From: an uncultured Acidobacteriota bacterium | Lineage (GTDB): Bacteria > Acidobacteriota > Vicinamibacteria > Fen-336 | Assembly: GCA_902826455.1 (NCBI GenBank) | Contig: CADEEV010000002.1 | Location: 188,488-252,487 of the forward strand | DNA length: 64,000 bases | Reading direction: 5' to 3' | Shown here: positions 38,529-46,572 of the stretch, piece by piece | Layout of the letters: each line of letters begins with the position of its first letter | How positions within the stretch are numbered: position 1 is the first letter of the stretch | Made by a program: the position numbers and the translations under genes | Notes under the pieces: generated by a model | Told to the model about the DNA's origin: nothing | What the model saw: only the letters and a program-made list of their open reading frames with translations | Databases searched by the model: none

Positions 38529-38825
38529 ATGGCCGAGGACGACGACCCTCCCTTCGAGCTGCCAATTGGGGACGAGCTCGACCTGCACGCCTTCGCGCCC
38601 CGCGACGTGACCTCCGTGGTGGAGGATTACCTGAGGGCCTGCCGCGAGCGGGGCATCCTGCGGGTGCGGCTCGTCCACGGACGCGGTCGCGGGGTGCAGC
38701 GCTCGGCCGTGCGGGCGCTGTGTGCCCGGCTCCCGTTCGTGGTCGGCCTCGACGAGGCGCCGCCCGAGCTCGGCGGCTGGGGTGCGACGTTCGTGACGCT
38801 GGCAGCGCCCACCGACATCGGCTAA
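38529..38825 (+). CDS. Small Smr-domain protein (98 aa).
   Basis: Starts 1 nt after the mutM stop. Smr-like 'ELDLHAF...ILRVRLVHGRGRG'. Confidence 0.7.
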   Translation: MAEDDDPPFELPIGDELDLHAFAPRDVTSVVEDYLRACRERGILRVRLVHGRGRGVQRSAVRALCARLPFVVGLDEAPPELGGWGATFVTLAAPTDIG

Positions 38826-38870
38826 CGTCGCCCCACCGCAAGCACTCACGTACAACCTGCTGGAGGTGCG

Positions 38871-40352
38871 ATGCTCGCCCTGTCCCTCTCCCTGGCCCTG
38901 CTCGGTGCCGCCGCTCCCGCCGCCGAGCCCCCCGAGCTCGCCGGCTTCGCCGAGTACGCCGCGAAGGCAATGGCCGACTGGCACGCGCCGGGCCTGGCCG
39001 TCGCGGTCGTGAAGGACGGCGCCGTGGTGTTCGAGCGCGGCTTCGGCGTGCGCACGCTGGGCAAGCCCGAGCCCGTCGACACGGCCACGCGCTTCGCCGC
39101 CGCGTCGACGACGAAGGCCATGACCGCGACGGCGCTGCTGCTGCTCGCGAAGGACGGCAAGCTCTCCCTCGACGAGCCGGCTATCCGCTACGTGCCGGAG
39201 CTGCGCTTCAAGGACCCCTACGTGACCCGCGAGGTCCGCGTGCGTGACCTGCTCACCCACAGCGCCGGGATGCCCAGCACCGATTGGCTCTGGTACGAGC
39301 AGGAGGAATCGACGCCCGAGATCCTCAAGCACCTGCAGTGGGTGGAGCCGGCGAGCTCCATGCGCACCCACTTCCTCTACCAGAACGTGATGTACGGCGC
39401 CGCGGGCGAGGTGGTGGCCCGCGCCTCGGGCATGCCCTGGGCGGACTTCGTACGGACGCGCCTGTTCGCTCCGCTCGGGATGAAGGACACGCTCCCGCTC
39501 GCGAGCCTCGTGGCGGGCCAGCCCGACGTGGCCTCGCCCCACGCCGAGCGCGCGGGCCGCGTCGAGGTGATCCGGAACGCGAGCGTCGACGGCGTCGCGC
39601 CGGCCGGCTCCGTGTGGTCGAGCATCCACGACATGGCGCGCTGGGTGACGTACCTGCTCGACCCGAAGAACGCCGAGACGCTCGGGCCGTTGTTCGAGCC
39701 CCAGGTGATCATCGACCCCGACGAGTTCTATCCGACCGCGCGCCTCACGCAGCCCCACTGGACGACCTACGGCCTCGGCTGGTTCCAGCAGGACTACGCC
39801 GGCCAGAAGCTCGACTTCCACACCGGCAGCATCGACGGCATGGTGGCGATCGTGGGCCTCGTGCGCGACAAGAACCTCGGCATCGTCGTGCTCTCGAACC
39901 TGGACGGCTCGCAGCTCCGCCATGCCTTGATGCTGTCGGTCTTCGATCGCTACCTCGGCCGGCCCCCGCGCGACTGGAGCGCCGACCTGCGCGCGCTCTA
40001 CGGCGGACGCAAGAAGGAGCAGGACGAGGCCGAGGCGAAGCTCGTGGCGGCGCGCCACGAAGGCACGCGGCCGTCCCTGACCCTCGAGCGCTACGTCGGT
40101 CGCTACGCCGACCCGCGCGCGACGCCGGTGGAGGTGGCGATGACGGACGGGGCGCTGCGGCTGCGCTTCGGACGCGGCGGCGCCCGTCTCGAGCACTGGC
40201 ACTACGAGACGTTCCGCGCCGTCTGGGACGCGACCTGGCGGGATCCGGAGTTCGTTACGTTCCGGCTCGACGCCGCCGGCGCGGTGAAGGAGCTCGAGAT
40301 GGGCCCGCTCGCGTTCCAGCGCGAGGCTCCGGCCGCCGCGGCGAGCCGCTAG
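38871..40352 (+). CDS. Beta-lactamase-fold serine hydrolase (class C / PBP-like) with a C-terminal extension.
   Basis: Signal peptide. 'ASTTK' (SxxK), 'YQN', 'HTG' motifs. Confidence 0.85.
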   Translation: MLALSLSLALLGAAAPAAEPPELAGFAEYAAKAMADWHAPGLAVAVVKDGAVVFERGFGVRTLGKPEPVDTATRFAAASTTKAMTATALLLLAKDGKLSLDEPAIRYVPELRFKDPYVTREVRVRDLLTHSAGMPSTDWLWYEQEESTPEILKHLQWVEPASSMRTHFLYQNVMYGAAGEVVARASGMPWADFVRTRLFAPLGMKDTLPLASLVAGQPDVASPHAERAGRVEVIRNASVDGVAPAGSVWSSIHDMARWVTYLLDPKNAETLGPLFEPQVIIDPDEFYPTARLTQPHWTTYGLGWFQQDYAGQKLDFHTGSIDGMVAIVGLVRDKNLGIVVLSNLDGSQLRHALMLSVFDRYLGRPPRDWSADLRALYGGRKKEQDEAEAKLVAARHEGTRPSLTLERYVGRYADPRATPVEVAMTDGALRLRFGRGGARLEHWHYETFRAVWDATWRDPEFVTFRLDAAGAVKELEMGPLAFQREAPAAAASR

Positions 40353-40362
40353 AATCGCCGCC

Positions 40363-42366
40363 ATGCAACAGCGCTGTCTCGCACTGCTCGTGTGCGCCGC
40401 CCTCCCGGCGCTCGCCGAGGCTGCCGCGCGCCATGGCTTCGGCCTCGCCGACCTGGACCGGCTCGAGTCCGTCTCCGACCCTCAGGTGTCGCCCGACGGC
40501 GCCTGGGTGGCATACGTGGTCGAGCGCGTCGACGCGAAGAAGGACGCGAACACGAGCGACCTGTGGATGACGCGCTGGGACGGCCAGGAGAGCGTGCGGC
40601 TCACCGCGAGCCCCGAGGACGACACGCAGCCGCGCTTCAGCCCCGACGGGCGCGAGATCGCCTTCCTGTCCGCGCGCGGCGGCGACGACGCCACGACCCA
40701 GGTCTGGATCCTGAACCGCGCCGGCGGCGAAGCGACGGCGCTCACGCACCTCCCGGGCGAGGTCGAGGACTTCGCCTGGGCGCCCGACGGCAAGCGCCTC
40801 GCGTTGATCGTCGGCGATCCCGATCCCGAGCCCGCCGGCGACGACGCCGCCGACACCGCGCGGCCGATCGTGATCGACCGCTATCACTTCAAGCAGGACT
40901 ACCAGGGCTATCTCACCGACCAGCGCTCGCACCTCTACGTGTTCGACCGCGCGACGGGGAAGGCGACGCAGATCCTGTCGGGCGCCTTCGACGAGACGAT
41001 GCCGTCGTGGTCGCCGGACGGGACCGAGATCCTGTTCGTGAGCAAGCGCGACGGCGATCCGGACCGCCGCGAGAACTACGACCTGTACCTGGTAGAGCCG
41101 AAGGCCGGCGCCGTGCCGCGCAAGCTCACGACCTTCGTGGGTGTCGACAACCTGCCGGACTGGGACAGCCGGCCCGCGTGGAGCCCCGACGGCAAGACCA
41201 TCGCCTACGCGCGGCTGGGCACGGCCGAGGACGCCGACGAGTTCTACGGCCCGCCGGAGATCGCGACGATCGCCGCCGCGGGCGGAGAGCCCAGGCGTCT
41301 CACCGCCTCGGTCGACCGCTGGATGCTGCACCCGCGGTTCTCGGCGGACGGCGCCTGGCTCTACTTCCAGCTCGAGGACGACCGCAGCGTCGTGCTCGCC
41401 CGCGTGCCGGCCGCCGGCGGGCCGGTGGAACGACTCCTCGCGCCCGGTGTCGTCGTCAGCGCGGTGGCGACGGGGAAATCGGGCGTCGCCGTCATCGCCG
41501 GAACCGGTGCCGCGCCCGCCGAGCTGCAGGTCCTCGACGGCAAGGCGCTACGGCCGCTGACGACGCGCAACGCCGCGCTGCTCGCGAGCCTCGACCTCGG
41601 CGCGGTCGAAGCGGTCGACCTCAAGAGCCAGGACGGCACGCCGATCGGCGCCATGCTCGTGAAGCCTCCGGATTTCCAGAATGGCAAGCGCTACCCGCTG
41701 CTGCTCTGGATCCACGGCGGCCCGGTGATGCAGGACCAGCACGCCTTCGACAGCTTCGCGCAGTTCTTCGCGGGCCAGGGCTACGTCGTGCTGAGCCCGA
41801 ACTATCGCGGCAGCGGCGGACGCGGCTTCGCGTTCGCGAAGGCGATCAGCGGCGACTGGGGCCACCTCGAGGTGCTGGACGTCCTGGGCGCCGTCGACGG
41901 CCTGGTCGCCCAGGGCATCGCCGATCCTCAGCGTCTCGTGGTCGGCGGCTGGAGCTACGGCGGCATGATGACGAACTACGTCATCGCGAGCGACACGCGC
42001 TTCAAGGCCGCCGCGAGCATCGCGGGCGTCTCCAACATGCTCGGCAGCTACGGCACCGACCAGTACGTCACCTGGTACGAGCGCGAGCTGGGCCTGCCCT
42101 GGAAGGGCCTCGACAAGTGGCTGAAGGTCTCGTACCCCTTCTACCACGCCGACCGCATCACGACCCCGACGATGTTCCTGTGCGGCGAGAAGGACTGGAA
42201 CGTGCCGCTCGTGAACTCGGAGCAGATGTTCCAGGCCCTGAAGAGCCTCGGCGTCGACACGAAGCTCGTGATCTACCCGGGGGCCCACCACGGCATCGAC
42301 GCGCCCAGCTACCAGCGCGACATCCTCGAGCGGATGCTCGCCTGGTACCAGAAGCACCTGCCGTGA
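40363..42366 (+). CDS. S9 family (prolyl oligopeptidase / DPP-like) serine peptidase.
   Basis: Signal peptide. TolB-like beta-propeller N-terminus. 'GGWSYGG' nucleophile elbow. Confidence 0.88.
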   Translation: MQQRCLALLVCAALPALAEAAARHGFGLADLDRLESVSDPQVSPDGAWVAYVVERVDAKKDANTSDLWMTRWDGQESVRLTASPEDDTQPRFSPDGREIAFLSARGGDDATTQVWILNRAGGEATALTHLPGEVEDFAWAPDGKRLALIVGDPDPEPAGDDAADTARPIVIDRYHFKQDYQGYLTDQRSHLYVFDRATGKATQILSGAFDETMPSWSPDGTEILFVSKRDGDPDRRENYDLYLVEPKAGAVPRKLTTFVGVDNLPDWDSRPAWSPDGKTIAYARLGTAEDADEFYGPPEIATIAAAGGEPRRLTASVDRWMLHPRFSADGAWLYFQLEDDRSVVLARVPAAGGPVERLLAPGVVVSAVATGKSGVAVIAGTGAAPAELQVLDGKALRPLTTRNAALLASLDLGAVEAVDLKSQDGTPIGAMLVKPPDFQNGKRYPLLLWIHGGPVMQDQHAFDSFAQFFAGQGYVVLSPNYRGSGGRGFAFAKAISGDWGHLEVLDVLGAVDGLVAQGIADPQRLVVGGWSYGGMMTNYVIASDTRFKAAASIAGVSNMLGSYGTDQYVTWYERELGLPWKGLDKWLKVSYPFYHADRITTPTMFLCGEKDWNVPLVNSEQMFQALKSLGVDTKLVIYPGAHHGIDAPSYQRDILERMLAWYQKHLP

Positions 42367-44825
42367 GCGCCGACCTGCGCGTGGCCCTGCGCGCCCTGTG
42401 GCGCAGCCCGCTCAGCACCGCGTTGATCGTGATCGCCCTCGGTCTCGGGATCGGGGTCAACACCGCGATCTTCAGCCTGGTCGACGTGATCCTGTTCCGG
42501 CCGCTGGCTGTTCCCGAGCCGGAACGTCTCGTCCGCGTCCTGGCCATGCACGAGGGCGGGATCTCTGAGTCGTCGCTCCCGTCCTTCATCGACTACCGCG
42601 ACGGCACGCATTCGTTCGCCTCGCTCGCGGCATTCGAGGAGTACCACGTATTCCACTTGTCCCTCGAGGGGCGGGAGCCCGACCGCGTGTCCGGCGCTAT
42701 CGTGACGGGCCGCTACTTCGAGACGTTGGGAGTGCGTCCTGCGCTCGGCCGGACCATCGGCACGACCGACGACGGGGCTCGCGGCACCGGCCAGGTCGTG
42801 GTGCTGTCCGACGCCTCGTGGCGCCGTCGCTTCGCCGCCGATGCGCGCGTGCTCGGTCAGGAGGTCCGCCTGAACGGTGAGACCTTCACGATCGTGGGAG
42901 TCCTCCCATCCTCGTTCCAGGGCGCCAACGCCGGTACCCGGCCCGAGGTCTTCATCCCCATGTCGATGGCCGCTGTGGCGGAGCCCGGGACCAAGGCTGA
43001 GGAGTTGTTCGACGCCCGGGACTACCCGTGGGTCGACATCGTGGGACGCCTGGCCCCGGGCGTCGGTTTCGCCGCGGCGGAGGCCGAGATGGAGGCGCTC
43101 GGAAAGCGCCGCCGCGCGGACGCATCAGCCGAGAACCCCGACCCGATGCCGCTGCTTCGGCCGGCCACGACCGCGGCGCTCGACACCTACTACGCTGGGG
43201 CGCCGCGCGTCGCCAGGTTGCTGCTGGGCATCGTGGCCCTCGTCCTCGCCATCGCGTGTGCCGACGCTGCCGCCCTGCTGCTTGCGCGTGGCGAGCGTCG
43301 CCGGCGAGAGATCGCCATCCGCCTCGCCGTAGGCGCGTCGCGCGTCCGCATCGTGCGTCAACTCCTGATCGAGAGCGTCGTTCTCGCGGCTCTCGGAGCC
43401 GTACTGGGATTGTTCTTCGCCCACATCTCCGTATCGCTGATCGTGCGGCTCGTGCCTGAGGATTCGTGGCTCCTGCCGGCCGACACGACCTCCATGCTCG
43501 ACCTGCGGATGCTCGCGGTCACCGTGGCCGCGGCAATCGTCGTGGGAATCGCCTTCGGCCTCGTGCCTGCATTCCGCGCGGCGCGCACGGACGTCACGCG
43601 CGGTCTTGCGAGCGACGGCGCGTCCCTGCGGACCACCGGCGCCCGGCTGCCCCTGGGTGGAGCGTTCATCGTGGGACAGGTCGCCATCACCTGCGTGCTG
43701 CTGGTGGGTGCGGGCCTGCTCGTCCGCAGCCTGCGGTCGGTGCTCGCCGTCGAGCCCGGCTACGACGTCGATCACGGCGCGGTGGCGTACTTCGACCTGG
43801 CGACCCAGGGCTACGACGCGGCGCGCGCGGCGCGCTTGGAGTCGGAGCTGCTGCACCGGGTTCGAGCGTTGCCCGAGATCCAGAGCGCGGCCCTCGGCGT
43901 CAGCGTCCCGCTGCAAGGATGGGGGATGAGCGTGCGTGTGCGGGAAGTCGACGGCTACGATCCGCCAGGAGCCGCGTCGGTCGTCGTGCCGTTCAACGTC
44001 GTGACGGCGGGCTACTTCGAGACCCTGGGGGTGCCGTTCGTCGCCGGTCATGACCTGAGCGATCTCGAGCCGTCGAATGGACCGCTGAACGTCGTCGTGA
44101 ACCAGGCCTTCGAGCGGCGCTTCTGTCCCGGCGGATCGGCGCTCGGGCGCAGCTTCACGGGGCTGGCAGGGCTGATCGTCAACCGAGGCGCAACGATCGT
44201 CGGTGTCGTGAGGGACTACAAGTCGCGCTCCCAGCGCGAGTCGCCTCGCGAGATGGTCTACGGGTCTCTCGCCCAGTTTCCGCGTCCGCGGCTCGCCGTC
44301 GCGATACGCACTCACGCGCGTCCGACGGCGGCCCTGCCTCTGGTTCGGCGCGTAGTCAGAGAGCTCGATCCGGAGCTGCCACTGTTCGGCGTGCGGCCTC
44401 TCCGTGAGCAGTGGTCGTTCGCGGCTTCGTTCGACCGGCTGCTCGCGACCCTCCTCACGGCGTTCGCAGGCCTAGCCCTCGCGCTCGCCGCAGCGGGCCT
44501 GTTCGGACTGCTCTCCTACGGTGTCGAGGGCCGTCGGCGTGAGATCGGGCTACGCATGGCGCTCGGTGCCCAGGCCGGAGCCATCGTCCGGTTGGTCGTG
44601 CGCGAAGGGCTGGTGTTCGTGGCCGGCGGTCTGGCCCTCGGCCTCGCGGCGTCGCTCGCTGCCTCGCGGATCCTGAAGACTCAGCTGTTCGGAGTGTCGG
44701 ACTGGGATCCCGTGGCGTTCGCGGGTGCGTCGGCGGTGCTGATCGGCGTCGCGCTGCTCGCCGCCCATGGCCCGGCACGGCGCGCCGCTCGCGTCGACCC
44801 CATGACTGCGCTGCGCAGCGAGTAG
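42363..44825 (+). CDS. FtsX/MacB-type ABC transporter permease with duplicated halves (ADOP family).
   Basis: GTG overlaps the upstream TGA. N-terminal 'ALRALWRSPLSTALIVIALGLGIGVNTAIFSLVD' MacB-like motif. Two FtsX halves. No ATPase gene adjacent. Confidence 0.85.
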   Translation: MSADLRVALRALWRSPLSTALIVIALGLGIGVNTAIFSLVDVILFRPLAVPEPERLVRVLAMHEGGISESSLPSFIDYRDGTHSFASLAAFEEYHVFHLSLEGREPDRVSGAIVTGRYFETLGVRPALGRTIGTTDDGARGTGQVVVLSDASWRRRFAADARVLGQEVRLNGETFTIVGVLPSSFQGANAGTRPEVFIPMSMAAVAEPGTKAEELFDARDYPWVDIVGRLAPGVGFAAAEAEMEALGKRRRADASAENPDPMPLLRPATTAALDTYYAGAPRVARLLLGIVALVLAIACADAAALLLARGERRRREIAIRLAVGASRVRIVRQLLIESVVLAALGAVLGLFFAHISVSLIVRLVPEDSWLLPADTTSMLDLRMLAVTVAAAIVVGIAFGLVPAFRAARTDVTRGLASDGASLRTTGARLPLGGAFIVGQVAITCVLLVGAGLLVRSLRSVLAVEPGYDVDHGAVAYFDLATQGYDAARAARLESELLHRVRALPEIQSAALGVSVPLQGWGMSVRVREVDGYDPPGAASVVVPFNVVTAGYFETLGVPFVAGHDLSDLEPSNGPLNVVVNQAFERRFCPGGSALGRSFTGLAGLIVNRGATIVGVVRDYKSRSQRESPREMVYGSLAQFPRPRLAVAIRTHARPTAALPLVRRVVRELDPELPLFGVRPLREQWSFAASFDRLLATLLTAFAGLALALAAAGLFGLLSYGVEGRRREIGLRMALGAQAGAIVRLVVREGLVFVAGGLALGLAASLAASRILKTQLFGVSDWDPVAFAGASAVLIGVALLAAHGPARRAARVDPMTALRSE

Positions 44826-44828
44826 ACG

Positions 44829-45611
44829 CTACTTCCCGAAGGCCTCCGCCTTCTTCTTGATCTCGGCCATCTCCGGCGACGCCGCGAGCTCCTTGAGCGC
44901 GGCGTTCACGCGCACGAACAGGTCCTTGTCCTCGCGCCGCACGCCGACGTGGTACCCGAGGCGGTTCAAGGGCTCGCCCACGACGCGGATCGTGGGGTCG
45001 TCGTTGACGCGCCAGCGCACGTAGGTCGAGTCGTGGACGAGGGCGTCGAGGGTGCCGTCGAGGAGCGCCTTGAACAGGGCGCCCTCGCTGTCGAAGGACT
45101 TCGACTGGGTCGCGCCCAGCGAGCGCAGGGTCTGCTCGACCGCGGGATCGGCGTAGTAGCCCACGAGACGCGCGGTGGCGAGGTCGCGATAGGTGCGCAC
45201 CTTGGCGTCGGCGCCGTGCACCGCGATCACGAGGCCCCAGGAGTAGTACGGGTCGGACGCGGCGACGCTCGCGGGCGTCTTGCGGCTCGGCGTCCAGGAG
45301 CTGAGGATCACGTCGAACTTGTTCTCGAGAAGCTCCTTCTCGATGTTGATCCAGCTCGCGCTCACGAAGCGCGGGGTCATGCCGAGGCGCTGGGCGAGCG
45401 CCTTCGCGACGTCGACGTCGAGGCCGGACAGGCCCTTGAACTGCGCGGGCGTCACGGGCGGGAGCGACGTGGCGCCGCCGAGGAGGGCCGGCAGCCGCTC
45501 GGGCACGAAGGACCAGGGCGGGTTGTCGCTCGAGATCCCGATCCTGAGCTCGGCGCCCAGGGCCGGCAGCCCGAGCAGGGCCAGCGCCACGACCGTCGCG
45601 AATCGCTTCAT
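44829..45611 (-). CDS. ABC transporter substrate-binding protein, family 3 (amino-acid-binding type).
   Basis: Signal peptide 'MKRFATVVALALLGLPALGA'. SBP_bac_3-like sequence. Confidence 0.8.
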   Translation of the reverse strand: MKRFATVVALALLGLPALGAELRIGISSDNPPWSFVPERLPALLGGATSLPPVTPAQFKGLSGLDVDVAKALAQRLGMTPRFVSASWINIEKELLENKFDVILSSWTPSRKTPASVAASDPYYSWGLVIAVHGADAKVRTYRDLATARLVGYYADPAVEQTLRSLGATQSKSFDSEGALFKALLDGTLDALVHDSTYVRWRVNDDPTIRVVGEPLNRLGYHVGVRREDKDLFVRVNAALKELAASPEMAEIKKKAEAFGK

Positions 45612-45644
45612 GGAACCCCCGAAAAAGGTCCGGGCGATTCTACG

Positions 45645-46556
45645 CTAGCGGCGGCGGGCCGCGGCCTTGCGGGCGAGCTCGCCTTCCTCGGGATGCGAGC
45701 GGACCGGAACGCGCACCGAGGCGCCTGGCAGCACACGGGACTTGAGCCAGGTCGCGATGGCTTCGAGAGCCGGGCCGGTGTTCGAGGGCATCACCACGGT
45801 GGCCGTGAGCTGGCCGCTGCGCACGAGCTCCTGGCCCACGTCGGGCACGCCGTCGATGCCGAGGAACGGCACGTCGCCCCAGCGCTTCTGCACCTCGGCT
45901 GCCGCTTCCACCGCGCGGCGGGCGCCCCGCGCCATGGAATCGTCCTGCCCGGCCACGAGATCGACGCGGACGCTCTCCGAGGTCTTGAGGCGCAGCCACT
46001 GGCGCACCGCCGCCTCGGCGCTGTCCTCGCTCCACTGGGCGTCGAGCACCACGGGATGGATCTTCGAGCCGGCGATCGCCTCGAGCATGCCCTGGAGGCG
46101 CTCGCGGGCCGCGCTGGTCGCGAGCGGTCCCTGGATGTAGAGCGCGGTGCCGCCGGACGGCAGCAGCGTGCGCATCTGGCGTCCCTGGATGCGGCCGATC
46201 TCGACCTGGTCGGAGCCGACCGCGAACACCGCGAGGTTGGGATGCTGGCGCCGCAGCTCCTCGACGTACCCGACCGTCGAGTTGAGGATGCCCCAGGCGA
46301 TACCGGCCGCCGTGGCCTTCTGGGCAACGCGATCGAGGCCGTCGGCCGCGACCGGCTCGACGATGATCGCCGTCGGCCGCTGGCTCGCGTGCACGTACTT
46401 GAAGAGCTGCTGGATCTGCAGGACGGCGCTCATCTCCGCGAACACCACCTCGACGTCGAGCTTCACGCGCGCGCCGGTCGTGCGGGCGTCGGAGGCCTGC
46501 AGGACCTGGTATTCGTTGTCCTTCTCCGGAAGGGAGACGACCACCTTTTCGTTCAT
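45645..46556 (-). CDS. Periplasmic-binding-protein type I (sugar-binding/LacI-type ligand domain) protein without a signal peptide or HTH.
   Basis: 'KVVVSLPEKDNEYQ' PBP1 N-terminal motif. No secretion signal. 303 aa. Confidence 0.7.
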   Translation of the reverse strand: MNEKVVVSLPEKDNEYQVLQASDARTTGARVKLDVEVVFAEMSAVLQIQQLFKYVHASQRPTAIIVEPVAADGLDRVAQKATAAGIAWGILNSTVGYVEELRRQHPNLAVFAVGSDQVEIGRIQGRQMRTLLPSGGTALYIQGPLATSAARERLQGMLEAIAGSKIHPVVLDAQWSEDSAEAAVRQWLRLKTSESVRVDLVAGQDDSMARGARRAVEAAAEVQKRWGDVPFLGIDGVPDVGQELVRSGQLTATVVMPSNTGPALEAIATWLKSRVLPGASVRVPVRSHPEEGELARKAAARRR

Positions 46557-46572
46557 CGCTGTCCCGTCGAGT

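Noticed and set aside
38367-40364. A 665-aa minus-strand ORF antisense to the beta-lactamase-fold gene.
   Set aside because: Antisense to a gene with complete SxxK/YxN/HTG motifs.
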